DNA of 64,000 nt. It comes from a virus. The position numbers were made by a program, and so were the translations under genes. Location: positions 8,062 through 72,061 of the IMG/VR virus record IMGVR_UViG_3300021335_000011; one strand, written 5' to 3'. Under the pieces are notes generated by a model. The model had not been told where the DNA came from and did no database searches. It saw nothing but the letters and a program-made list of their open reading frames with translations. This document shows positions 27,066-38,177 of the stretch, one piece after another. Each line of letters begins with the position of its first letter. Position 1 is the first letter of the stretch.

Positions 27066-30000
27066 ATGCCTAATACGTTCACTACTAGCTCATTTGCTAC
27101 TACATATAAAGACGATTTTAAAGATAGTGATCACTATCATCGTATCTTATTTAATAGCGGTAAACAACTGCAAGCGCGTGAACTTACGCAGATGCAGACT
27201 ATTATACAAAAAGAAATTGAAAGATTCGGCCGTAACATCTTTAGAGAAGGAGCTTCAGTTGTACCAGGTGGTATGACTGTTAATAATAAGTACGAATTTA
27301 TTAAGATCGCTGCATCTACCAATTTACCATCTGACACATCATCAATGATTGGTGATACATTTACAGGTCAAACTTCAGGAGTTGCGTGTAAAATCCTAGA
27401 AGTTATAGCAGCTACTGGTAGTGATCCTGCAACTATTTATGTTCAGTACACAAATCGTAGTTCAGTCGCAATCAGTGGTGCTGCTATTCGTATGTCACCT
27501 GCAGAAAACATTGTTGGTGCATCGAGCGGCGTAACACTTACTGTACAAGCTACTAACACATCTTCTAATAGAGCAATTGGTCGTGGTACCAAAGCATCTA
27601 TGCAAACAGGAACATTCTTTACTCAAGGTCATTTTGTGCAAGCAGATGAACAAGAAGTAATGATTTCTAAATATGATTCTGCACCAGACGAAAATGTTGG
27701 GTTTGTAGTTAATCAAGATATTGTCACAGTATCAGACACTTTAGCACTATATGATAATCAAGGTACATTACCCAATCTTACTGCACCTGGTGCCGATAGA
27801 TATCGTATTCAATTGACTCTTACTACTGAATCAGAAAAAGATGCTGCAGACACATTCGTATTCTATGGTAAGATACGTGATGGATTATTGATTGAAACCG
27901 TTACAGGTACAGATGAATATAATAAAATTGCTCAATTCGATGCTATCAAAACGAAGGAAATTAACGGTGACTTTATTAAGAAGCCGTTTAAGATCCATTA
28001 TGATTCTGCTTCAGGTACCGAATTTAATATTAATATTTCTCCTGGTACAGCTTATGTAAATGGATACAGAGCTAATAAATCAGATCCAACAGTTATTAAA
28101 GTTGACAAAGCTTTAACCGCAGTTACTTTGCAAAATGAGCCTATCTCAGCTGAATTTGGTAACTATGTTATTATTAATGAGGTTAATGGTCTACCTAATA
28201 TTGAAGACTTTGAGAGTCAAGATTTGCGGGATGATAGCGGATTTGGTGGAGCTACTATTGGTACAGCACGAGTAAAATCTGTAGAAGAAGACGGTGCTAA
28301 TTGGCGGTATTATTTGATGGACATTCAAATGAATGCTGGCGAAAACTTTAGAAATGTTAAATCACTTGGAACATCGGCTACTGCATTTGGTAATCTTGAA
28401 CTTGAAAATACTATTGCTGTAATTAAAGATGCTGCAAATAATAATTTGCTCTTCGGTTTTCCACAATCTCGTGTAAAAAGTATTTCTGATGTTGTACTAA
28501 CAACTCAACGGCGATTGACTGCAACTGCCGATAATAATGGTAATGCAACATTTCCTGGACTTGGAACTAACGAAGCGTTCGAAAATAGTAATCAGTGGGT
28601 ATTTTCTCGTGTGGCTGGTGGATCATTTTCTCCAACTAGTATTACTGGTAACGGTACACAAGCAGCATCTATCACAGGAGCGCCTGCTAATACTGCTATC
28701 GAAGTTATTGCACAAGTTCAGAAAACTGGTATTTTACGAAATAAAGTATTAACAGAAACAACTATAACATCTACAGTGAATACTCCTGCTACAGGCGCGC
28801 CATTCGTTAGTTTAGGAAAGGCAGATGTTTATTCAGTAGATCGTATTCGCGCAGTTGATTCTGACGGTGCTGATTTATTTGCGGACTTCCTTGCTGATAA
28901 TGGAGCTAGAGATAATTTCTATGATGTTGGTAAGATTATTCTAAAATCAAATGCAAAAAGCCCAGTTGGTAATATCTTTGTACGATTTAAATATTTTGAT
29001 CATACCACACCTGGACATTATTTTGCAGCCAACTCATACACAGGTCAACTTGATTACGGAGATATTCCAACCCATACCTTAGCTGATGGTGTTACTAGAA
29101 TTCCATTAACTGACGTAATTGATTTTAGATCTCGTAAAGATGACGCTGGAGTAGGATTTAGCGCAGGTACAGCCCGCGTAAATGAATTACCTGTAAATAC
29201 AAGCCTTATTACAATTGATGCCGAATACTATATGCCTCGGTTTGATAAACTGGTTGTTGATCAAGAAGCAAATCTTAGTATTGTTACTGGTGCACCGTCG
29301 CTTACTCCACAGTATGCACCTACACCTCAAAACACCTTAGAGCTTTATCGAATTGAAATGAATGCAGGCTCAAAGGATGAAGAAGACATGGTAATGCGGA
29401 ATATTGAATCCAAGGGATTCACAATGTCCGATATTCAGCGTCTCGAAGAAAGAGTAGATCGATTAGAAGAAGCAACAGCTCTTAGCTTGCTAGAAGTTGA
29501 TGTTAATAACTTGGCAGTATTTGACTCTGCAGGAAATGATCGTTCAAAGTCAGGATTCTTGGTCGATAACTTTAGTGACCACTCATCATCATTTACTAAT
29601 AATCCTGAGTTTAGATCATCAATTGATCCGCTAGATCGTGTATTGCGACCAACATTTAACGAAGAAAATGTTAGACTTATTTACGATTCAGATCTTTCGA
29701 CTAATGCTATTCTAAAAGGTGATAACGTCTATATTAAATACACTGAACAAACGTTTATCGATCAGCCAGAAGTATCACAGACAATTAATATTAATCCATT
29801 TGCGGTCATTACACATCAAGGAAACTTGACACTTTCACCGTCATCTGATGAATGGAAAGAAACAGTATACATTGCACCACGAGTTATCAATGGTGGTATA
29901 CGACTTAATACTAACCAAGCCTTCTTGTTTAACAACTGGAATTGGGCATGGCAAGGCAATAACGTAAATAACTTACGATTAGGTCAAGTTACAAATTCTC

Positions 30001-32111
30001 GTACTACACGAGCTGGTAACCGTATTACTACTCAGCGTAATAGAGTTGTACAAGACGAAACTATCCGTCAAGTAATTGGCGATCGTGTAGTTAACATCGC
30101 TATCATTCCATTCATGAGATCTAAAAAGATCTTCTTTAAAGCAGAAGGTTTAGCACCTAATGTTCAGATGTGGGCAAGATTTGATGGTGTACCTGTAAAT
30201 GACTGGGTACGTGCAGAATCTTTCCAAAGGTTTGCAGCTACAGAAGCAGAATACGGTAATAGAACTAATAACATTACTCAACACCCTGAAAATCCATCTA
30301 CATTATTTAGTAATGCTAATGGAGTCTTAGAAGGTTCATTCTTTATTCCATCTCAGAGAACTGGACTAAGATTTAGAACTGGTGAACGTGAGTTCAAGCT
30401 TATGGATATTACTGGTATAAATGAGCGTGATGCGCTGTCAATTGCAAAAGAAACATTTGAAGCAAATGGCGTAATTGAAACACGTCAACGTGATATTTTA
30501 TCAACTCGTCATATTACTGTACGTGGCCAAACATCAGTACGTATTCACGATCCAGTTGCTCAGTCATTCTTTGTAGATAAGAAAGATGGTATCTATTTAA
30601 CTCGACTAAGGTTATTCTTTGCATCAAAAGATAGCACAGTTCCTGTTCAAGTAGAAATTCGGCCTATGGTTAATGGACATCCATCATCTGATACTGTGTT
30701 GCCTGGTTCAATTAAATTTATGAATCCAGCAAATATTATTACTACTAATGATGCAACTAGTCCATCAGATTTTGTATTTGACGAGCCAGTATTCTTACAA
30801 CCATTTACTGAGTACGCATTTGTTGTAAAAGCTGAATCAACTAATTATAACATTTACATCGCTGAGACAGAGCAGTTCTTCTTAAATTCAACTGAAAAGA
30901 AAATTACTAAACAGCCTACACTCGGTTCATTGTTCTTATCGCAAAATTCTACTACATGGGAACCAGCACAAACAAAAGATGCTATGTTCAGACTTTTCCA
31001 TGCACAGTTCGATACATCTGGTGCAACTGTAGTATTAGAAAATGCTCCAATATCTACTAAGCTCGCACCGACTAATCCAGTTATTTTTGATTCATCGAGC
31101 AGTCGTATTATTATTAATCAACCGAATCACGGCTTTACAGCTGGCGACGAAGTTTCTATAACTGGACTTGATTCTGCTACAAACTACGGACAGAATCTAT
31201 TAGGTGAAGATGTAATGGGTGCAAGAACAATCATTGATGTTGATGAGGATAACTTTACATTTACCGCTGGCGGAAGTAAATCAAACAACGCTGGAAGATT
31301 CGCATTTGGTGGTAACGACGTAATCACAACTCGCAATATAATGTTTGAAACAGTTGTACCGTTCCTTGAGCCGCTACAGCCGCAGAATACTGGGATTTCT
31401 CTTGCTGGTAAATTTACTTCTGGTAAATCCCATGCTGGCACAGAAACTCCATTCTTAAAAGATGTAGTTGATGTAGATTTAGAATTAAGAGAAAATAACA
31501 TATTTACAGTTCCAAAAATGATAGGAAATCGTGGTCTTGAAATTAGCAATTTGGGAGCAGCGGTTAAATCTGCTACATTATCTGTAGGATTATCAACAGC
31601 AAATCCAGATGTGTGTCCAATGCTTGATATGCAAAGAGCTTCAATGTTCTTAATTCATAACCATATTGATCAGCAAGATTCAGCAAATGCACCAGTTAGT
31701 GCACCACCACATAATACACCAATCTTCTTTGGAGATGAAACAACTGTTACTTCTGGTAGCCATATTGGTAAACACGTAGTGCGACCAGTTACTCTCGAAG
31801 AAGCTGCTATTGGTTTAAAAATTCTTATCGGCGCGCATCGGCCATCAGTAGCAGATTTTGATCTTTACTACAAAGTTGCTAACGATGGAGAAAACTTCAA
31901 CGATATTGTGTGGACAGAAATTGCTAAAGAAGAAAGTTTACCATCTGATGAGAATCCTAATGTGTTTAGGGATTATAGATATTTAGTTGGTGGACAAAAT
32001 GGTCTATCAGCATCATTTACTCGATTTACGATTAAGATTGTAATGAAGTCATTAAGCTCGGCAAAACCACCGATATTTAGAGATTTGCGAATCATCGCGA
32101 TGGCGGTATAA
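27066..32111 (+). CDS. Large virion structural protein, VrlC/DUF4815-like
   Basis: Y.DDF......RILF..G..LQARELTQMQTI.Q, APGADRY, KSGFLVDNF, DPVAQSFFV, GSLFLSQN..TW. Confidence 0.8.
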   Translation: MPNTFTTSSFATTYKDDFKDSDHYHRILFNSGKQLQARELTQMQTIIQKEIERFGRNIFREGASVVPGGMTVNNKYEFIKIAASTNLPSDTSSMIGDTFTGQTSGVACKILEVIAATGSDPATIYVQYTNRSSVAISGAAIRMSPAENIVGASSGVTLTVQATNTSSNRAIGRGTKASMQTGTFFTQGHFVQADEQEVMISKYDSAPDENVGFVVNQDIVTVSDTLALYDNQGTLPNLTAPGADRYRIQLTLTTESEKDAADTFVFYGKIRDGLLIETVTGTDEYNKIAQFDAIKTKEINGDFIKKPFKIHYDSASGTEFNINISPGTAYVNGYRANKSDPTVIKVDKALTAVTLQNEPISAEFGNYVIINEVNGLPNIEDFESQDLRDDSGFGGATIGTARVKSVEEDGANWRYYLMDIQMNAGENFRNVKSLGTSATAFGNLELENTIAVIKDAANNNLLFGFPQSRVKSISDVVLTTQRRLTATADNNGNATFPGLGTNEAFENSNQWVFSRVAGGSFSPTSITGNGTQAASITGAPANTAIEVIAQVQKTGILRNKVLTETTITSTVNTPATGAPFVSLGKADVYSVDRIRAVDSDGADLFADFLADNGARDNFYDVGKIILKSNAKSPVGNIFVRFKYFDHTTPGHYFAANSYTGQLDYGDIPTHTLADGVTRIPLTDVIDFRSRKDDAGVGFSAGTARVNELPVNTSLITIDAEYYMPRFDKLVVDQEANLSIVTGAPSLTPQYAPTPQNTLELYRIEMNAGSKDEEDMVMRNIESKGFTMSDIQRLEERVDRLEEATALSLLEVDVNNLAVFDSAGNDRSKSGFLVDNFSDHSSSFTNNPEFRSSIDPLDRVLRPTFNEENVRLIYDSDLSTNAILKGDNVYIKYTEQTFIDQPEVSQTININPFAVITHQGNLTLSPSSDEWKETVYIAPRVINGGIRLNTNQAFLFNNWNWAWQGNNVNNLRLGQVTNSRTTRAGNRITTQRNRVVQDETIRQVIGDRVVNIAIIPFMRSKKIFFKAEGLAPNVQMWARFDGVPVNDWVRAESFQRFAATEAEYGNRTNNITQHPENPSTLFSNANGVLEGSFFIPSQRTGLRFRTGEREFKLMDITGINERDALSIAKETFEANGVIETRQRDILSTRHITVRGQTSVRIHDPVAQSFFVDKKDGIYLTRLRLFFASKDSTVPVQVEIRPMVNGHPSSDTVLPGSIKFMNPANIITTNDATSPSDFVFDEPVFLQPFTEYAFVVKAESTNYNIYIAETEQFFLNSTEKKITKQPTLGSLFLSQNSTTWEPAQTKDAMFRLFHAQFDTSGATVVLENAPISTKLAPTNPVIFDSSSSRIIINQPNHGFTAGDEVSITGLDSATNYGQNLLGEDVMGARTIIDVDEDNFTFTAGGSKSNNAGRFAFGGNDVITTRNIMFETVVPFLEPLQPQNTGISLAGKFTSGKSHAGTETPFLKDVVDVDLELRENNIFTVPKMIGNRGLEISNLGAAVKSATLSVGLSTANPDVCPMLDMQRASMFLIHNHIDQQDSANAPVSAPPHNTPIFFGDETTVTSGSHIGKHVVRPVTLEEAAIGLKILIGAHRPSVADFDLYYKVANDGENFNDIVWTEIAKEESLPSDENPNVFRDYRYLVGGQNGLSASFTRFTIKIVMKSLSSAKPPIFRDLRIIAMAV

Positions 32112-32317
32112 TGAGAAAGTTTGCAAAGGTAGAAGGATCACAGACTTTAGTAAGAGACCTAAATACAGGTGCTATACTAAATACAGATAAATCTACTCTC
32201 GACAAAGCAAGGGAAGCAAAAGCTTTAAGGCAAAAGAAAAATCAAGAATTTGACGAACTTAAAGGTGAAGTCAAAGAAATGAAAGAAATGTTAACTAAAC
32301 TGATAGAGAAACTATAA
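32111..32317 (+). CDS. Small conserved hypothetical protein
   Basis: KVEG...LVRD..TGAILN plus a C-terminal coiled coil. Confidence 0.75.
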   Translation: MRKFAKVEGSQTLVRDLNTGAILNTDKSTLDKAREAKALRQKKNQEFDELKGEVKEMKEMLTKLIEKL

Positions 32318-32871
32318 TGGCACGTTTTATACAAGTCAGCTTAACTAATCCTATAGGAACATGGGTTCAAAAGACAAATGCACTAAGCGGATTTGTAGGT
32401 GATCTTGATGATCTAAATCCAGCAATTAGACAAATTGTTCCAGCTGTTGACTCCAATGTAGTTACAGTTTTAAACTACCTTGATTCATCTCTTTCACAGA
32501 TGCAAGATAGTGTGAATATGGAATATATGAAACTGGATTCAGGTGATTTCGGTTTAATTCGGGTTGATAGCGCTATTATTGGTTACTTGCAAGTAGATAG
32601 CGGATACTTTGGGTATCTACAAGCTAACAGCGCAGACATCACTTATCTTACTGCAGATAGCGCAACAATTAATGGTGAATTAAGAGTAGAGCGATTAGTT
32701 GTATTTGGCACAGATTCTAACAATTCTGTAGTTTTACCGTATGGTGCTATAGATAGTGCAGAGATCCATGATAGCGCTGTAAGATCTAGACATTTCCAGA
32801 ACTTAGTAACGACTCTTATTCTAGATTCTCAAGGACAAACATTAAAGACAATATTCTCACCAGGTAAATAG
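32317..32871 (+). CDS. Asp-Ser repeat structural protein (probable beta-helix)
   Basis: 10-residue periodic xDS repeats; 11 of 16 Asp residues are followed by Ser. Confidence 0.7.
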   Translation: MARFIQVSLTNPIGTWVQKTNALSGFVGDLDDLNPAIRQIVPAVDSNVVTVLNYLDSSLSQMQDSVNMEYMKLDSGDFGLIRVDSAIIGYLQVDSGYFGYLQANSADITYLTADSATINGELRVERLVVFGTDSNNSVVLPYGAIDSAEIHDSAVRSRHFQNLVTTLILDSQGQTLKTIFSPGK

Positions 32872-32874
32872 ATT

Positions 32875-34131
32875 ATGACATTACGAAGACCTTTATATTA
32901 TACTGATAGCGGCAATATCAAAGAAATGAGTGATATTGAATTAGCTGATGTGCATGCTGAAGCAAAAAGATTCTATTTGAACAATCCACCAGTACAATTA
33001 ACAGTTGTTAATAGCGGAGGTAATCTAGGCGGCATTAACCAACGTCAAGTTATTGCTGGCGCGGCCACGAATAATTCAAGGCGTTTTTCTAGTAATAGTC
33101 CTGGAAATATTAGTGTTCAAACAATGACATATTCTAGGATTCATGAAACTAAAGCTACGCCACCGTTTGGAGCTAATGGAAATTTTGATCTTACTACACT
33201 TAAAGGTAATTTAGGTACTAATTGGCCTGTATATTATAATGATAGCGGTAATTTTGAACCATTTACTGATTCAGATTTTATAGATACGTTTGCAAACCCT
33301 GTTATCCAAGAGCTTGGTGCAGCTAATACTGATCCATTATATGTTATTGGAGAAAGTTCTGGCGTTGTTAGTGGTAGATATACTAAAGTTTCTAATACTC
33401 CAGTATACACAGATCTTATTGCAAATATAGCAGCGTATACTTCAGGTTCTTTACCAGAAACTAAAAAACAAAGTATAACAGTTCAAAACTGGTATTTGTG
33501 GAAATTAAAAAGTAATAGAACAGGTCAAGTGTTTATCGATGTTGCTTATAGAGATTCAGCATATAATAGGCCAGTTTTAGGTACAGGCTTTGAGGTTGAT
33601 TTAGAAAAAAGACCAGGTAGTACTTACATACATTCTATTAGATCTCCAGGTAGTGGATATGTAATCTCAGATAATTTTATTGTTACTGGCAATAAACTAG
33701 GTGGTAAATCACCTGAAAATGATTGGCATTATTATGTTGATGCAATTGATTCTTTTGGTGGTGTAACTAATTTATTACCTCATCCATTTAATAATGGTAT
33801 AGGTAATCGCTATAATCAACCGTTAACTCATACAGATAGTAGTAGTACACCTCTTGGAGTTCATCTTAGATCTATGAAGAAAACTGATTTTGAAACAATG
33901 GTAAATAGTGCTTTGACACATCAAGCAACGACAGAACCAGGCCAAATGATAGAATTTAAATGGAATCAGGGTGCACAAGTTGGAACTACTATCATTGACA
34001 CACGTTATACTAATGCGACATCAAATCAACGAGATGAACAAGATGCCGATAACTATAGGTCACAGAGAGTGCCAACAGGTGGAAACTTACAAGACGTAGA
34101 CACGCATTACTTAGGAGTACGAATATTATGA
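32875..34131 (+). CDS. Putative structural protein
   Basis: 418 aa, repeated P.YY.DSGN motif, in the late operon. Confidence 0.65.
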   Translation: MTLRRPLYYTDSGNIKEMSDIELADVHAEAKRFYLNNPPVQLTVVNSGGNLGGINQRQVIAGAATNNSRRFSSNSPGNISVQTMTYSRIHETKATPPFGANGNFDLTTLKGNLGTNWPVYYNDSGNFEPFTDSDFIDTFANPVIQELGAANTDPLYVIGESSGVVSGRYTKVSNTPVYTDLIANIAAYTSGSLPETKKQSITVQNWYLWKLKSNRTGQVFIDVAYRDSAYNRPVLGTGFEVDLEKRPGSTYIHSIRSPGSGYVISDNFIVTGNKLGGKSPENDWHYYVDAIDSFGGVTNLLPHPFNNGIGNRYNQPLTHTDSSSTPLGVHLRSMKKTDFETMVNSALTHQATTEPGQMIEFKWNQGAQVGTTIIDTRYTNATSNQRDEQDADNYRSQRVPTGGNLQDVDTHYLGVRIL

Positions 34132-34628
34132 GTATTCAAATTACAGAAGCTAACTTAGTTAGCGCAGTATTTATGGATGATGAAGGCAGTTTAATACAAG
34201 CAGTTGTTTTAGGTGAAGACGGCTCAAATAATTCATTAATTATTAGAACAGATCCTGAAGATTATTTGTTTCAACAATTAATGTTGGTATGTTCAGTGGA
34301 TCAAATTAATGAATGGTCAGATGAATTTTATGCAATACAAAGACAGGACATTGAAAATTATCAGCTAAGATTAATAGAAGCTGGTGATGTAAGTTATATG
34401 CGGGCAACTGGTGCCGACGACAATGCTAGACTTATGTCAGAAGTTGCAACTATGCTATTTCAATATGACACTATTAATACCGAACATATTGAAAAGTTAT
34501 TTAATCTTAAATTAGAAATGTTTGAATTAGCTGCAGTTACCAATGCAACAGATGAACAGCGAGAAAGCCTTCGTGAAGCTGAAACTCCTATGGCTGCTAT
34601 TCATATACTACATGGTATAATGCAGTAA
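34128..34628 (+). CDS. Hypothetical acidic protein
   Basis: AGGAG RBS, ATGA overlap; LF.LKL..FE motif. Confidence 0.65.
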   Translation: MSIQITEANLVSAVFMDDEGSLIQAVVLGEDGSNNSLIIRTDPEDYLFQQLMLVCSVDQINEWSDEFYAIQRQDIENYQLRLIEAGDVSYMRATGADDNARLMSEVATMLFQYDTINTEHIEKLFNLKLEMFELAAVTNATDEQRESLREAETPMAAIHILHGIMQ

Positions 34629-35216
34629 TTTAACATCTGGATTAAATCCATCTAAATAAAAATATTTTCCTGGGTATTTAAGGTTTATTTGAGCTAACCA
34701 ATCTTTGGTTGGTTCATCTACCCATCTGCCTGTCCAAGTATCAGGTACAAATTTAAGATCTAAGTGTTTTTTAACCATGTATTCTACATAGTTTTCTTCT
34801 CCGTTTACTGGACCAGGTTTTGCGCCAATATCTATCCAATGATTTTCGTATTTTTGTTTATTAGCTATAAACTCATCGTAAATATATTTAGTATCTGAAG
34901 GATAAAACTTATAAAAACCCCCGTTTAATTCACATTGCGAATCTTCCCACCAAGATCTTATACTTAGAAATTCTCCTCTTTTAATTGGGTATTCTAATAA
35001 TTCCATATAGTTGTTTATTAAATCAATATCAATATCAAGTACAATAATTGGTTCATCAGACTTTTCTTTAAAAAAATTTAATTTATTCCATTGGAGTTTT
35101 AGACCATTATTTTCAGTATGTAGTACATGTAATCGATCAATCTTTTCAATAAGATTTATTTCATAATCAAATCCATACTTATCACCAATGCGACACGTGT
35201 ATACATCTAAACCCAT
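34608..35216 (-). CDS. Glycosyltransferase-like protein (GT-A fold)
   Basis: RIGDKYG..Y, QWNKL.FF, LDIDID (DxD), NGGFYKF, GEENYV, LLH. Confidence 0.65.
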   Translation of the reverse strand: MGLDVYTCRIGDKYGFDYEINLIEKIDRLHVLHTENNGLKLQWNKLNFFKEKSDEPIIVLDIDIDLINNYMELLEYPIKRGEFLSIRSWWEDSQCELNGGFYKFYPSDTKYIYDEFIANKQKYENHWIDIGAKPGPVNGEENYVEYMVKKHLDLKFVPDTWTGRWVDEPTKDWLAQINLKYPGKYFYLDGFNPDVKLLHYTM

Positions 35217-35977
35217 AGTTTTTTTACCTGCTCAAATAGCTTTGCTGCATCATGTAATTCAAAATTAGTTGCGTCGTACTGATCAGTATTAAATACACAC
35301 ATAATTTTATCTTCTCTAATTTTATGTTTCGTTAAGTCATCAGGCCATTCACATCCTCTATTAAAACTATAGTACATTGAAGATGGTACGAAGTCAAACA
35401 AATCTAAATGCCTTTGACTAATAAAATTGTCTGTACCACCAGTAAATAAATGGTATATACGTTCGGCATATATCAGTGCGTCAATCCATATAAGTGCTAA
35501 TTGCTTATCTTCCCACATATAGAATCCGCCATTATTATGCGCTCCTCTTCTATGTTTCCAATCAGGCCGTTTTTCGTATTCTCTATTATGCCACCACGAT
35601 CTGCCAGTTAGGGGTTTATCGAATAAGTCGAGTAAGGGAGTCATATCATTATGTATGATCATATCTAGATCTAGCGCGATTCTCGTTCCTTTTAACCCCC
35701 AACCGTTAGGTTTAAAGTAATTAAGTTTTGGCCTATCCCATAATCTTGGTAGACCATTTCTCCAATTATTAGATGCAAACATTTCTTGCGGAGTAGATTC
35801 TGGTAAGTCGGTTAAAAAAGGTAAAACTTCAATATCACTATCAAGACCATGAGTATTTTCAGTCTGACAATAAAACTTATGTTTTGTTGGTAAGTGCCGT
35901 TTAACCATAGTCTTTAATCTATTAGCATATTCAGGGCCGTACTTATCACCCCACTTACTACATAAAACATGAATCAT
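35207..35977 (-). CDS. Glycosyltransferase-like protein (GT-A fold)
   Basis: CSKWGDKYGPEYANRLK.MV.RHL....F.C.T, DLDMII (DxD). Confidence 0.7.
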   Translation of the reverse strand: MIHVLCSKWGDKYGPEYANRLKTMVKRHLPTKHKFYCQTENTHGLDSDIEVLPFLTDLPESTPQEMFASNNWRNGLPRLWDRPKLNYFKPNGWGLKGTRIALDLDMIIHNDMTPLLDLFDKPLTGRSWWHNREYEKRPDWKHRRGAHNNGGFYMWEDKQLALIWIDALIYAERIYHLFTGGTDNFISQRHLDLFDFVPSSMYYSFNRGCEWPDDLTKHKIREDKIMCVFNTDQYDATNFELHDAAKLFEQVKKLWV

Positions 35978-36594
35978 TGTCGACCTATAATCATAAATCT
36001 TTTACAGTCATTATAATTATCAAATGGTTTTTCACCCTGATAATACACATCAGTAATAGCAGTTTGTTCTTTAAATTCTTCTAAGCTATGTGCACAATTT
36101 ACGTGTGCATCTTCTTGAGTAAAATCATTTGATTGAAATGCGCATAAGCCTTCAAAGTTTATATCTTTCATATGCCACATATGTTCGCATGAAGTATTGA
36201 TTATAATATCTGCTTTCATATCTCTTATATCAAAACTAATATCTTTTACTTCAGTCGTAATATCTTTATTCATCCATTTTGCTATTTTCATAGCTTCGAT
36301 ATCGTAGTCAATAAGATGTATATTTGATATATCAGTTAAATAATATTTTAATAACGGTACTAAAACGGTGCCATACCATGATCCTAAAACTACAATCTTT
36401 TTATTTTTAATAGATGCAGCTGGAGACATAGATAATTGTTCTACTAACCATGATTTAGCCATAACTTGATTTTGAGAAAATGATTTCGCAAAGTCTTTTA
36501 TCCTATGTGGATAATAATGATTTATATGTAGCATTGCATTTGAAAATTCCCAAAACGGAATAGGAAATTTATGCATTGTTCGTGTAGTACTCAA
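35974..36594 (-). CDS. Class I SAM-dependent methyltransferase-like protein
   Basis: K.WL, VVLGSWYG, IDYD, INTSCEHM, QSN....HVNC. Confidence 0.65.
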   Translation of the reverse strand: MSTTRTMHKFPIPFWEFSNAMLHINHYYPHRIKDFAKSFSQNQVMAKSWLVEQLSMSPAASIKNKKIVVLGSWYGTVLVPLLKYYLTDISNIHLIDYDIEAMKIAKWMNKDITTEVKDISFDIRDMKADIIINTSCEHMWHMKDINFEGLCAFQSNDFTQEDAHVNCAHSLEEFKEQTAITDVYYQGEKPFDNYNDCKRFMIIGRQ

Positions 36595-37339
36595 AACTTT
36601 CTTTTCCTAATACTTGACCATTTACATTACAACTTAAACACGGACTCATATCTCTACGATTTTTAGCTAACATATTTCGATATGAGTTCATATAACTAGA
36701 TTCCCAAATTTTATGTATAGGTTCTCTGTTTACATTACCCATAACTTTAGATACATTCCAATCATTACTACATAACCCGACATCGCCATTCCAATTTATA
36801 AACATTTTGTAAAACGGTAAAAAACATGCTTTGTTAATTTTTAATGATTTTGGTTTTTTCCATAAATCATTTCTATTAACTTCAACTTCTGTAGGCAGTC
36901 CATCATAATAATGTTTATAGATTCTTTCTATATCATATTGTTGTAAAAAAGACTCATAATGTTCTGTCATATCTGCATCATACATTGATACTTTTATGCA
37001 ATTTATACCCGCGTTGACAAGCCCGCGACTTAAATTAGGTGTTAAATAATCACCATTAGTTATAAGTTTTATCTGTTTAAATTGTACACTATTTTTAAGA
37101 GTTTGTACATAGTTAATTATCTTTTTATGCAATAAAGGTTCTCCAAAACCAGCTAAGGTTATGGTTCCTGTATAATTAATTTCTCTAAGTGCTGATGAAA
37201 TAGAGTCAATTGTTTTATGACTCATTTGATTTTTTGTATTTTCGAAACCTACTCCGCGAGGGCAAAAACTGCAGGTACGATTGCATATATCAATGAGATT
37301 AAGTTCTACTGAAGAAAGCGTGTTCTTTGTCAAGTGCAC
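36569..37339 (-). CDS. Radical SAM protein with SPASM/twitch domain
   Basis: CNRTCSFC, GFGEPLL, TNGD, C..PF..MFI.W.G.V.LC.ND, GNV....I..IW, C..C. Confidence 0.9.
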   Translation of the reverse strand: MHLTKNTLSSVELNLIDICNRTCSFCPRGVGFENTKNQMSHKTIDSISSALREINYTGTITLAGFGEPLLHKKIINYVQTLKNSVQFKQIKLITNGDYLTPNLSRGLVNAGINCIKVSMYDADMTEHYESFLQQYDIERIYKHYYDGLPTEVEVNRNDLWKKPKSLKINKACFLPFYKMFINWNGDVGLCSNDWNVSKVMGNVNREPIHKIWESSYMNSYRNMLAKNRRDMSPCLSCNVNGQVLGKESFEYYTNNA

Positions 37340-38177
37340 TTTTTGTTACCATACTACGATTTATCAATGACATCCGAGCATGATCATCAAACTCTTTTAG
37401 ATGATAATGTCGAATAAACTTTTCATAATTTTTTATCAACACGTAATTAGAGTGTGACTCTATACAATTATAATTCTTTTCTATATATGCTTTAGTTTGA
37501 TTCATTCTTTTTACATGATGTGGTATTTCATCGAGTATAGAAACTAAGTTGCGAGTCATACCACCTATGCATACTTGTGCGGGTCTCAAGTTTTGTATTT
37601 CATTTATAATAGGCTCATGACCAATGGCCCATCCGAATCGAGCTCCAGGTAATGCAATAGATTTACTTAACGTTTTTAATATAAGTAATTTACTTGAACC
37701 TAGTTTTCTCTCGGGCATATCACAAAAATCGCCATAGGCTTCATCAACGATAACTAATTTGTGTTTATCTAATAATTTATCGTATGATTCTAATCTTGTA
37801 CCATTAGTGCCGTGCGGGTTACTTACATAACAGACATCATCACCATGCGGTATGTTATATAATTTTTGTATCATATGGATTGGTTTCCATGAATTATGAT
37901 GTGATGTCATAGATAATCCGCGTTCTTTGATGATTAAACCAATACGCATTATTAATTCACTTAATCCTAAACCAATTGCAATTTGACGAGTATTTACTGA
38001 ATGATAGTCTGCTAATATATTATAACATCTACTAGTATCAACATAGCTATTTAAGTCAAATTCCCATATAGGGTTTGCTGCATCAAAACATACATTTGTT
38101 GATAAATCAATCTTATAATCGTGATGATATTGATCTTCATCCCAAGCTGGTCTTAAGCCCAGATTTTTTGTATCCAT
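37299..38177 (-). CDS. PLP-dependent class I/II aminotransferase or decarboxylase (HisC/CobD-like)
   Basis: DLSTN, SNPHG.NG, VDEAYGDF, KTLSK...LPGARFG. Confidence 0.8.
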   Translation of the reverse strand: MDTKNLGLRPAWDEDQYHHDYKIDLSTNVCFDAANPIWEFDLNSYVDTSRCYNILADYHSVNTRQIAIGLGLSELIMRIGLIIKERGLSMTSHHNSWKPIHMIQKLYNIPHGDDVCYVSNPHGTNGTRLESYDKLLDKHKLVIVDEAYGDFCDMPERKLGSSKLLILKTLSKSIALPGARFGWAIGHEPIINEIQNLRPAQVCIGGMTRNLVSILDEIPHHVKRMNQTKAYIEKNYNCIESHSNYVLIKNYEKFIRHYHLKEFDDHARMSLINRSMVTKSALDKEHAFFSRT

